Shown here piece after piece: positions 7,872 through 16,016 of a stretch of 54,090 bases of DNA. Under the pieces are notes generated by a model, which was given only the letters and a program-made list of their open reading frames with translations, was not told where the DNA came from and searched no databases. The position numbers and the translations under genes were made by a program. Numbering within the stretch: the stretch's first letter is position 1; each line of letters starts with the position of its first letter. Origin of the DNA: a virus (taxonomy: Duplodnaviria; Caudoviricetes); the IMG/VR virus record IMGVR_UViG_3300021962_000142, positions 1 to 54,090 of that record; one strand, given 5' to 3'.

Positions 7872-8400
7872 CACCGTACCTCGCAAGGAGCCACTGCCGG
7901 ATTGCTGGCGAGGTGTTGCGCGGCACACTGTTGGTGTGATGCGCCCTGGCTCGCTGCTCCGCGCAACGCACGCGGATTTCCTCCGGAGTGGGATCACGCT
8001 TGGTGATGTGACCAGAGAACCAGCAAAGGTCCTCCGGGATCACCTCACGCTGTTCGATCGCCTCCCTCTGTGCGCGGCACTGGCGCGCCCAATCCACCGA
8101 CTCGTCGCAGATGTCCGCTATGTCTTGGTCATCGAAGCCCGGGTCCTGCATGGCGATGCAAGCGATGCGCTCGTTGCTTGGAACGCCACCGCAGTGCCGC
8201 AGGATTTTCAGCATGCCGTCGCAGGCCCCCTCGTCCATCCGCAGCTTGTAGCGAACGATGCCGATCGGCTCACGGTTGACGATCACCCTGCGGTGCAGCT
8301 CTGCGAAGAAGGCCAAACAGTGACCGGAACGCTTCGCCCCACGTTCGCTTGCGCGGCGGCTCAGTCCGAACAAAGACCGGCGGGAAAACGTGCGAGACAT
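7843..8400 (-). CDS. Hypothetical protein (possible HTH)
   Basis: RBS GGAGGT before the start; DDQDIADICDESVDWAR is HTH-like. Confidence 0.55.
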   Translation of the reverse strand: MSRTFSRRSLFGLSRRASERGAKRSGHCLAFFAELHRRVIVNREPIGIVRYKLRMDEGACDGMLKILRHCGGVPSNERIACIAMQDPGFDDQDIADICDESVDWARQCRAQREAIEQREVIPEDLCWFSGHITKRDPTPEEIRVRCAEQRARAHHTNSVPRNTSPAIRQWLLARYGDAFIFDSVG

Positions 8401-8423
8401 CGAACACCTCCGTGAGAATCTCG

Positions 8424-9359
8424 TCAGCCGTCTGATCCATCAGCAGGTCTGGTCGCTCCAAGTCGCTCATTGATCGAATCTCCTATCGATGTCAGGCCGC
8501 GCTTTCGGGCCTTGGATTGCTCGTACTCACGCCGCATCTGGCCCTGACGCCAATCCGCGTACTCGCTCGCCGTCATGTCACGGCCAGCGTCTGGGCGGAA
8601 GGTCTTGGTGGCGACAGACGACACGCCCCCCTTTGTCCCGCCACGGTCTTGGACGCGGCTGAACCAGCCGCCCAAGAACTGGCCGTAGTTGCTGCGGCGC
8701 GCCTTGGCAGGGTGGTCAACCAGCCAAGAGTGGGCCTTCGCCGTCTCCACGGTCAGGTCCACGGCTGGGTAGGCCGCCTTCCAGCGGGCGATGTCGTCGT
8801 CGCTGATGCCGGTGAATCCGCTCTCCTCGCTCCAGCCGATCCGGTAGGTGCGGCTGCGGCGAGGCTTACGAGCCGCAGCAGGAATCTCCGAAGGAGATTC
8901 TTTCTTAGTATGTGGTTGTGGTTGTGGTTGTGGTTGTGTATCAATTTTCAGATCAATTGATTGATCAATTGATTGATCTGAAGATTGATCAATTGATTGA
9001 TCAATTGATTGATCCGAACCGTTCTTCGGATTCCTCGCCCGGGCCTTGGCCATGGCCTCGCAACGCCTGGCATGCAGGCCGGCGGCACGGGCCCGCTCGG
9101 CCTCCAGGCGGGGGTGCGACAGGCGCTCCTCGCTGGTGCCCGCGTCCAGGACCACCAGTCGCCGTCTAACGACCTGCCAGTCGGCAGGGGACAGGCCGCC
9201 GGCTATGCGGCAGCATGCCTCCATATCGTTTGGCAGGCCGTCCGAATGCCACGCATAGAAGAGCATGCGGCAGTACGCCCCAAACTGGGTTGCCGACATG
9301 TCCGCACAGCCCGCCAAGATGTCCCGCGTATACAGTGGCATCCAGCTATTGATCGACAT
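8424..9359 (-). CDS. Replication initiator-like protein, DUF1376/YdaU family
   Basis: N-terminal WMPLYTRDIL...MSATQFGAYCRML..AW...GLPND; central DQSI/QP repeat linker; downstream of SSB. Confidence 0.8.
   Translation of the reverse strand: MSINSWMPLYTRDILAGCADMSATQFGAYCRMLFYAWHSDGLPNDMEACCRIAGGLSPADWQVVRRRLVVLDAGTSEERLSHPRLEAERARAAGLHARRCEAMAKARARNPKNGSDQSIDQSIDQSSDQSIDQSIDLKIDTQPQPQPQPHTKKESPSEIPAAARKPRRSRTYRIGWSEESGFTGISDDDIARWKAAYPAVDLTVETAKAHSWLVDHPAKARRSNYGQFLGGWFSRVQDRGGTKGGVSSVATKTFRPDAGRDMTASEYADWRQGQMRREYEQSKARKRGLTSIGDSINERLGATRPADGSDG
8911..9014. repeat. Iteron-like array: five 12-bp units (GATCAATTGATT x4, one variant) plus (TGTGGT)n; candidate origin
   Basis: GATC at 8951, 8963, 8975, 8987, 8999 and 9011; AT-rich island in GC-rich DNA. 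Confidence 0.85.
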
Positions 9360-9442
9360 CTCATCGTCCTCCGTGACTTCTGAAACCCCCGGGGGCGCAG
9401 ACGGCAGGGGAGGCGTTGCCGCCGCGCCGCACCCGGGGGAAA

Positions 9443-9832
9443 TCAGAAAGGGGTGTCCGCGTCGTCACTCTCCCACTTGGGGCGCCGGGGCGCTCCTTGG
9501 ATCACCGTCTGCGGCCTCTCCTCCGCAGCGGCCTTCGGCGTGAGCAGGGTCACGTTGCTCACCACAAACACCATGGCGCTCTTGGCAGCGCCGTCCTTGC
9601 CCGTCCACTGCTGCTCTTCCAAGCGACCGGACAGTGCGACACGCGCACCCTTCACAAGCAGCGACAGAATCACAGGGTGCGGCTCCCACTGCTCGCATGT
9701 CAGCCATGTCGTCTGATCCTTCCTGCCGCCAACGGCCACGCGGTATCGGGCCTTGGTCTTGCCGTTGATGTCCTTGATCTCCGCATCGGTCCCCAAGCGA
9801 GCCGTGCAGGAAAACACATTCAGGTCAGACAC
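9443..9832 (-). CDS. ssb: Single-stranded DNA-binding protein
   Basis: LN....ARLGTDAE...TTWL...KGARVALSGRL...W..KDG; acidic DDADTPF tail. Confidence 0.9.
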   Translation of the reverse strand: MSDLNVFSCTARLGTDAEIKDINGKTKARYRVAVGGRKDQTTWLTCEQWEPHPVILSLLVKGARVALSGRLEEQQWTGKDGAAKSAMVFVVSNVTLLTPKAAAEERPQTVIQGAPRRPKWESDDADTPF

Positions 9833-10448
9833 TCGTCACCTCTTCAGCAAACGCCTTCTCATATGCCCTCTCTGCACGGTGCAGGAGGTCTTGGTCGATC
9901 TCGCCGCGCTTGGCGTACAGGCGGAACTTGGTGAGCAGCTTCTGGGCAAGCTCCTCGTTGCCGTCTGCCAGCGCCTTGCGCAGGTCGTTCTCCACGGCCG
10001 CCGCCTCCAGCACAGCGCGCGGGTTCTTCGCCGCCGCCTGCGGCTGGTTGCCGGCCACACTGTTGGCGTCGTCGTCGTCGCAGCCGCTGAGCGCCCCAGT
10101 GAGGCAGATCAGCAGCATGCGATGGGCATATGTCAGGGCACTCTTAAATCCCTGCATGTCTGCCTTGGAAAGAAACAGAGGCACCTCTGCCTGAATCTGC
10201 TCGCCACATTTGTGCCGCAGCACACCCTCGGCACACCACACGCCGTCCACGCAGCGAGGATGCACGGTGACGGGGGCGAACCCGTTGGCCGTCAGTGCCG
10301 CCGAGATCGCCTCGTCAATGTCCGCTGCCGTCGAATACGGCATGCCGCGGGGATGACTCTGGCTTTTGAAGAACGTGTTGACGCCAGACTGCTTCGGATT
10401 TTTGAAACTACCCTTGGCCTTCGCCAATGCCTCAATCATCTCGCTCAT
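9825..10448 (-). CDS. ERF-family ssDNA annealing protein
   Basis: ALAKAK..F.NP....N.FFKS..Y...QGFKSALTYAHR...DDDAN. Confidence 0.8.
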   Translation of the reverse strand: MSEMIEALAKAKGSFKNPKQSGVNTFFKSQSHPRGMPYSTAADIDEAISAALTANGFAPVTVHPRCVDGVWCAEGVLRHKCGEQIQAEVPLFLSKADMQGFKSALTYAHRMLLICLTGALSGCDDDDANSVAGNQPQAAAKNPRAVLEAAAVENDLRKALADGNEELAQKLLTKFRLYAKRGEIDQDLLHRAERAYEKAFAEEVTSV

Positions 10449-11293
10449 CAGAACACCTCCTGTTTGTTTCTCATCCACGCCGGAATCTCCAACTCCCTCG
10501 TCTCGCCGTGATCTAGCGGCAAGTACTCCCCCGTCTCACGCCGCAGCTTCACCAGCTCCATCGTCTGGAGCATGCGTTCTCCACACTCGCCAACGAAGTC
10601 GTCGGGCAGCGTGCGGACGATGCACCCAAACGGCGGCACGGTCTGGCAGAAGACAAACGGCATGCGAAAGCCTTCGTAGCCGATTGCCATTGCGCCCTGC
10701 GTGTAAAGCCACGCCTGTTCGCCGTAGCCGTAGTCACCGATCGACCGCACCACTTGCGACCACTTGCTGCTGGTCGTCTTCAGGTCCCACCAAAGGTCTT
10801 CGCAGCAGCCGTCCGGCCGCACCTTCACCGGGTGGCCGTCCAGCTCAAAAAAGACGCTGACCTGCGTCTCGGTCGTCCGTTCGATCAGACGACGCGCGGA
10901 GTCGTTGGCCATGAGCGAGTCCATCATCTTGCCGTACTGCCACGCCTGCTCCGCGCTGCACACCACGCAGTCGGTCTGCTGCGCCTCCCATTCCTTGTAT
11001 GCCTTGGTGGTCCGCGCACCGTTGGCACCAAGCACATCCGCAGGCGGAACACGCAACTGCTCTGCGAGCGTCTTGCCCTCGCAACGACCTTGGACGAGCG
11101 TGTCCCACTCCGATCCCTTGCGGGTGGCCGTGTTCCCGCTAAAGAGGCTGTGGCCTTGGTCCAAGAACTGCTGGACCTCGCCGCCGCCCTCGGCAACCGC
11201 GGTCAGATAAGACCGGCTCAAGAATTCCCGCTTGCCGTGGTACTCGCCATTCGGCATGCCGACGATTTTGATCGGCAGCTTTGACATATCCAT
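10448..11293 (-). CDS. RecE/exonuclease VIII-like PD-(D/E)XK nuclease (DUF3799-like)
   Basis: GMPNGEYH...LSRS...VKVRPD...DLKTT...YGYGEQAWLY; adjacent to ERF. Confidence 0.8.
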   Translation of the reverse strand: MDMSKLPIKIVGMPNGEYHGKREFLSRSYLTAVAEGGGEVQQFLDQGHSLFSGNTATRKGSEWDTLVQGRCEGKTLAEQLRVPPADVLGANGARTTKAYKEWEAQQTDCVVCSAEQAWQYGKMMDSLMANDSARRLIERTTETQVSVFFELDGHPVKVRPDGCCEDLWWDLKTTSSKWSQVVRSIGDYGYGEQAWLYTQGAMAIGYEGFRMPFVFCQTVPPFGCIVRTLPDDFVGECGERMLQTMELVKLRRETGEYLPLDHGETRELEIPAWMRNKQEVF

Positions 11294-11307
11294 ATGTACA
11301 CCTCCAG

Positions 11308-11331
11308 AAAAGAAAGCCCCGTCCGTGGGGC
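11308..11331 (-). terminator. Possible intrinsic terminator/attenuator just upstream of the exonuclease RBS
   Basis: GCCCC-ACGGAC-GGGGC followed by TTTCTTTT on the minus strand. Confidence 0.35.
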
Positions 11332-11520
11332 AAGTCGCTCCCTCATCCCCTCCGTGAGGCTCGCCGCATGCGGCGGCCGTCCATGACCCAGCGGATGAAA
11401 ACCGGCAGCTCCCCCAAGCAGAGGAGGACGCAGATCATCCCGGTCTTTTTCGCAAAAATCGCTGCGATTAACGCTGCGATGTAGGCGGCGCGTAGGATCG
11501 CATAGAGGCGATCAGTGCCG

Positions 11521-11542
11521 TATCCAATTGAGCTACGGGCGC
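11521..11542 (-). other. tRNA-Arg 5' fragment; candidate attP core
   Basis: Minus strand GCGCCCGTAGCTCAATTGGATA = acceptor 5' strand plus D-arm start of bacterial tRNA-Arg; 49 bp before the integrase start; no T-arm. Confidence 0.65.
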
Positions 11543-11591
11543 GGGCTGGGTAAAAACCCCCCACGGCTGGCACGGCCTCAGAGGGGGTGCC

Positions 11592-12416
11592 ATGAATCTC
11601 ACGGAACTCGCAACCAGATACGTCAACAGGGTCGGCGGCAGTCCTGCCTACTTCCGCCAGTACCACATCCTGGCCAAGCGCATCAATTGGGATGTCGCCC
11701 AACTGTCCGCGGACAGGATCGATGACTACCTGACCAGCGCCTTGGACCATCTGTCTGCCTCCACGGTGGCTCGGCATCGGCGGATGCTTGCCTGCCTGTT
11801 CCGATTCGCAGCCCAAGAGCGGCTGCTGAACAAGCGAACAGTACTCCGGCCGTTGCGGCGTGTCAAGGTGCCGCCCCCGAACCCGCGCGCTTGGAGCCAC
11901 GCGGACATTCGTTCGCTGCTGGCGATAGCCGCGCAGCTCCCCGGCGGCACGCGCAACTGCGCGTATGCCACGCTGATGCCGGCGTGGATACTCGCCGCTT
12001 ACAGCACTGGACTTCGGCGCTCTGATCTGCTGTCGCTTCGCCATGATGCCATCCGTGGATCAAAGGCTGCCATTCGGCAGGACAAGACCGGCTATCCGCA
12101 TGTGGTGCTGCTGGACGCTGCGTGCCTTGCGGCGATCCGGCAACTGCCCAGAATTGGGCCCTGCGTTTTCGGGGGGCTCATTTCTGCGGTGCAAGTCTTA
12201 CGGGTCATGCGAAAAATCGTCAAGCGCGCAGGACTGGAGGGATCGACCAAATGGCTCAGGCGCAGCGGGGCGACTTACTGCGAAGCCGCTGGATTCGACG
12301 CCAGTGGACACTTGGGCCACCGGAGCCCCGGGATGAAAGCCTACTATGTTGACAGGCTTTTACTGTCAGAAATTCGGCCAGACCAGCCGCGGGTGCCGCC
12401 AGTGCTACCGGGCTAG
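11592..12416 (+). CDS. int: Tyrosine recombinase/integrase
   Basis: YSTGLRRSDL (Arg I), QDKTG (Lys), KWLRRS (HxxR variant), HLGH, YY (Tyr). Confidence 0.9.
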   Translation: MNLTELATRYVNRVGGSPAYFRQYHILAKRINWDVAQLSADRIDDYLTSALDHLSASTVARHRRMLACLFRFAAQERLLNKRTVLRPLRRVKVPPPNPRAWSHADIRSLLAIAAQLPGGTRNCAYATLMPAWILAAYSTGLRRSDLLSLRHDAIRGSKAAIRQDKTGYPHVVLLDAACLAAIRQLPRIGPCVFGGLISAVQVLRVMRKIVKRAGLEGSTKWLRRSGATYCEAAGFDASGHLGHRSPGMKAYYVDRLLLSEIRPDQPRVPPVLPG

Positions 12417-15400
12417 CACTGCCATCGCTTCCTGCTGGCGGTCACGCTGCCGTGCCCGGCGCGCGGCCTCGCTCTGGACGATGCGGTAGAGCAAGTAGCT
12501 GTCCCGCTGCTGGGGGCTCAGCCTCTCTAGCGCGGCGTCGTCCAGCGTCAGGTTCTCGTAAGTCCTCACGCCCGGCGTGTCTGCAAGCATCTGCTGGAGC
12601 ATGTTGCGAGCTGCTCGCTCACGCGCCGCATCGCTGTCGATGTCGGTCAGGCCGAACCCGCTGAACACGTTGATGCCAGCCTTGGCCAAGCGATCCGGCA
12701 TCGTCAGTCGGTCATCTACCAACTGTCTGTACAAGCCAAGGCCCCGGCTGCCGAACGGCACAAAGTTCATGATGAATTGCTCAAGGTCCCGGCCGCCGGG
12801 CACGCCTTGGTTCTCCAGAACGCTGTAGGCATCGCTGAGCCTGGCACCGCTGTAGAGCTGGCGATCTGTCACGTACTCAAGCGGCGCTTTGAAGAGCGGG
12901 TTTGTCTGGCCAAGCAGATTGCTGGCCGTCTCTTGCAGCGTATCGCCCAGAGCGGTGTAGGTGCTGCCGCCGACGCCGGGGGTCAGCAGGTTGAACGTGC
13001 CCTCCCACGGAAGGTCTAGCCGCGTGAGGTAGCGCTGCACGCCTTCCCTTGGCGAGAATGGCAGCGGTATGGCGGACGAGCGTCGGAATCGCTCGGGCAC
13101 AAAGTTCTCTTCTGTTGGCTCCGATGCGCGGCTCACCACGCGCACCGATTGCCCCTGCACGCCCCCGGGCCGGTACAGCAGGTTCTCCGCAATCGACGGG
13201 AACATGCCCTTTTGGAACGAGTAGAACGGCACGGCCCGCTTCAGGAAGTCTCGCTCCACGGCGCTGTAGGCGCTGGGCGAGTAGTCGATGAGAGCGCGCC
13301 GCACCATGTCGCCAGCCTGCGTGGCTGAGTAGCCTTGGCGCAGGAGGTCGGCAAACATCGACAGCCGTGTGGTGTCCTCCACCGTGTTGCCCACGGCCTC
13401 ATTGAGTCGCAGCAGCGGGTTGCGCGTCTCGCTTGCCGGACGGTTGATGCCGACACCGCGGATGGTGCCAAGGTCCCGGAAGTACTGTCGCCAAGTGCGA
13501 CCGGCTTGTGGCAGCAGACCGCGGGCCGCAGCGGCAATGTCGTTCTCTGGGCTCAGGCCCGGGGTCAGTCTGGCGAAACGCTGCTCAGGAACTGCGGTCA
13601 GATCGTCGAACACGTTGCCCATGCCGACGCCGGCCGCGGCGGCGTCCTCGCCAAACCGCGCTATGCGCTCTTCTGGAGTGAGCGCGCTGTAGATCGGTGC
13701 GTCGGCCAGAAACTCGGCTATCGGACCCAAGTTGCCGCGCGTCGCTTGGTACGCCTGCCGCATGGCCCGTGGGCTGGACTCGCCAGCCAGCATGGCGACG
13801 GCATTGCTGTACAAGTTTCTGGTATGGAACGACGGCCATGCCAAGGCTGTCGTCTTAAACAGCCTGGTGAAGGCGTCCAGCCCACGCAGGGCGCCGCTCT
13901 CTGGCAGGCCAAGGCGCGTTGTCTGGTTCAGCGCCTTGAGCGCCGCCAGCGTGCGCTTGTCGATGCTGAACTGGGCGATGTCGCCCCGCCCGCTGCGGCG
14001 CCACCGCTCCGCAAACAGATTGGCGTCGAACCCAAGGTCCTCTGCCGCACGCGCCAGCGGCACGGCCGTCCCGCCTTCGACAAGCGGCGCGCGGATGTCC
14101 TGTGCGGCACGCCCCAGCTCCGTGATCAGCTCGTCGCCAAACGCAGCCACGCGGCCTTGGCCTGTGGCGTAACGCAGGGCATCAGTGAAGACCGGCGTGT
14201 CGAATACACCGACGCCCTGCTCGGCGTACTTCCGATCCAAGCCGCGGATGAAATCCGCCAACTGCACCTTCAGATTGTTCGCCTGACGCAGCCCTTCTTC
14301 CGTGGTCTGGCCCGCGGCGTTTCGGGCGATGCGCGTGTACGGCCGCTCAATGTCGTTGGCGTCGAACCACGCATCGATGATGCCCGGCACTTCCTCGTTG
14401 TTGGCTCGCAAGAGATCGTCTTGGAGCTGCCGCGCTGTCGGCCCGCCGGTCATGGCGCGGAACGTGCGGCGACCGCCGGGGATGTCCGTGTACATCTCAC
14501 GGCTGCGGCCCAAGTTGTCCGTGACGCCAAAGAGTCGCTCGCCGCGGGTGTAGGCGCTGGGCGTTCTGGCGATCTGCTCAGGCAGCAAGTCCTCTTGGCC
14601 GAACCACACCGTCTGCCTGGGGAAGAACTGCGTGTCTGCTGCGCGGCTCACCCACTCTGGGAGACGCAGGCCACGGCGGCTGGCTGCTTGGCGGGCCTCT
14701 TCCGGCAAAGACGCAAACGCCTCACGGACGGCACGGAACTCTGGGATGTTCTCCAGCAGGTAATCCGCCACGGCGTCGCCGCTGGTCTTTGCCATCGACG
14801 GCGAGCCGGGAATGCTGAGCGCACCATCACGCGCACGCAGGCCGGGGCTCTCCAGCCAATCGGCCAAAGCGTTCTGAAAGTCCTGCGAGGCGAAGCCGCC
14901 ACGGAACTGCTCGGGCAGTGGAACCTGCTCGCCGTCCAACGTGATCGTCTCGGGCATCTGCACGCCCAGTGCGTCACGCTCCAGCCGCCCAAACTCCCTC
15001 CGCAGCCGCTCTTCGTTGCGGCGCCATTGGGCAAACGCGCGTCGGTGCGCCATCTGCACATCCGGGTCCAGCGTGTAGCCAACACTGCTGTCGAACGCCG
15101 CTGCCGCCCCGCGTGTCAACGGGCCCAAGACAGGAGCCCGCTTGCTCCACTCGCCCGCTTGGTCCAAGCCGCGGGCCAGTGCATCGCCAAAGGCACCGCC
15201 CGTGATGTCATACTGGATGGAGGTCCCAGGCACCTTAAACGACATCAACGCAGCAGCGCCGCCCGTGTCGTCCATGCGACCGCCGGCCGCCTCAAACAAC
15301 GCACGGGCGTCACGCAGCTCGTCCGGCGTCATCCATTGAGCGGCTTCAGCAAACGCTCGCTCCGGCGTGAGGCTTCGCAGATACTCACGCACGCCGGATG

Positions 15401-16013
15401 GGGCGCGCGGAGCTGTGGTGGAGCCCGGCAGGCGAGCCACCGTTTCGCCGGGCAGGCCAATGGTGTCTACGGAGCGCGTCACCTCTTGGCCAAAGCCGCG
15501 CGCGGCATCTAGCCCCGGGTCACGGAGCAGCCCTGCCTTTCGCAACGGCACGCCAACGCCGCGCGTGAGCGCCCCGCGCCCAAGGATGGCGAATGGATTC
15601 AGGAACGTGAGCGGATCGGTGAGGACCTCGGCGGCCAAGCCGGCCCCAAAGTTCGCATACGTATCTTCCTCGCCCACTAGCCCGTACTGGCGCAGAAGAT
15701 CACGGCCTGACACGCGCTCGTCAGAGAATGCACTAAGCGGTCGCCCGGCCAAGATGCCGCGGACGATAGCACCAGGCGTGTCCAGAATGGTGCCGGCGAG
15801 CTGAAGGCCGGACATGCCAGTCTCGGCCAGATTGCGCAGCAGGGAGCTGCGTTGCTCCTCTGGCATGAGATCGCTCAGCCGCGGCTGCCGTCTGGCAACC
15901 GGCATGCCGTACTCATCGACTTCGTCCTCTTCGGCCGGCAGCATGCCCAGTTGGGCCTGTTGCGCTAGAACGCCATAGGGATCGTAGTAGTCATAGAGTG
16001 GTGAGCGTGCCAT
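12405..16013 (-). CDS. Large internal virion / ejection-type protein (1202 aa)
   Basis: Last and largest gene of the morphogenesis block; A/G/R-rich; PFYSFQK and TNPLFKAPLE motifs typical of podophage core proteins (inference). Confidence 0.6.
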   Translation of the reverse strand: MARSPLYDYYDPYGVLAQQAQLGMLPAEEDEVDEYGMPVARRQPRLSDLMPEEQRSSLLRNLAETGMSGLQLAGTILDTPGAIVRGILAGRPLSAFSDERVSGRDLLRQYGLVGEEDTYANFGAGLAAEVLTDPLTFLNPFAILGRGALTRGVGVPLRKAGLLRDPGLDAARGFGQEVTRSVDTIGLPGETVARLPGSTTAPRAPSGVREYLRSLTPERAFAEAAQWMTPDELRDARALFEAAGGRMDDTGGAAALMSFKVPGTSIQYDITGGAFGDALARGLDQAGEWSKRAPVLGPLTRGAAAAFDSSVGYTLDPDVQMAHRRAFAQWRRNEERLRREFGRLERDALGVQMPETITLDGEQVPLPEQFRGGFASQDFQNALADWLESPGLRARDGALSIPGSPSMAKTSGDAVADYLLENIPEFRAVREAFASLPEEARQAASRRGLRLPEWVSRAADTQFFPRQTVWFGQEDLLPEQIARTPSAYTRGERLFGVTDNLGRSREMYTDIPGGRRTFRAMTGGPTARQLQDDLLRANNEEVPGIIDAWFDANDIERPYTRIARNAAGQTTEEGLRQANNLKVQLADFIRGLDRKYAEQGVGVFDTPVFTDALRYATGQGRVAAFGDELITELGRAAQDIRAPLVEGGTAVPLARAAEDLGFDANLFAERWRRSGRGDIAQFSIDKRTLAALKALNQTTRLGLPESGALRGLDAFTRLFKTTALAWPSFHTRNLYSNAVAMLAGESSPRAMRQAYQATRGNLGPIAEFLADAPIYSALTPEERIARFGEDAAAAGVGMGNVFDDLTAVPEQRFARLTPGLSPENDIAAAARGLLPQAGRTWRQYFRDLGTIRGVGINRPASETRNPLLRLNEAVGNTVEDTTRLSMFADLLRQGYSATQAGDMVRRALIDYSPSAYSAVERDFLKRAVPFYSFQKGMFPSIAENLLYRPGGVQGQSVRVVSRASEPTEENFVPERFRRSSAIPLPFSPREGVQRYLTRLDLPWEGTFNLLTPGVGGSTYTALGDTLQETASNLLGQTNPLFKAPLEYVTDRQLYSGARLSDAYSVLENQGVPGGRDLEQFIMNFVPFGSRGLGLYRQLVDDRLTMPDRLAKAGINVFSGFGLTDIDSDAARERAARNMLQQMLADTPGVRTYENLTLDDAALERLSPQQRDSYLLYRIVQSEAARRARQRDRQQEAMAVLAR

Positions 16014-16016
16014 GCG

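Noticed and set aside
8911-9014. CRISPR array
   Set aside because: Contiguous 12-bp and 6-bp tandem repeats without unique spacers; no cas genes.
11470-11542. Complete tRNA gene
   Set aside because: Only the 5' acceptor strand and D-arm start match; no T-arm or 3' acceptor strand.
11592-12416. Integron integrase IntI
   Set aside because: Lacks the IntI-specific insertion and lies about 5 kb from the attC; it sits next to a tRNA-like att core instead.
13335-15512. 725-aa plus-strand ORF and many other long antisense ORFs
   Set aside because: Shadow frames of minus-strand genes in GC-rich DNA; no motifs, RBS or operon coupling.
12405-16013. Tape measure protein or virion RNA polymerase
   Set aside because: No tail tube or chaperone context, no periodic TMP repeats, and no recognisable polymerase motifs.
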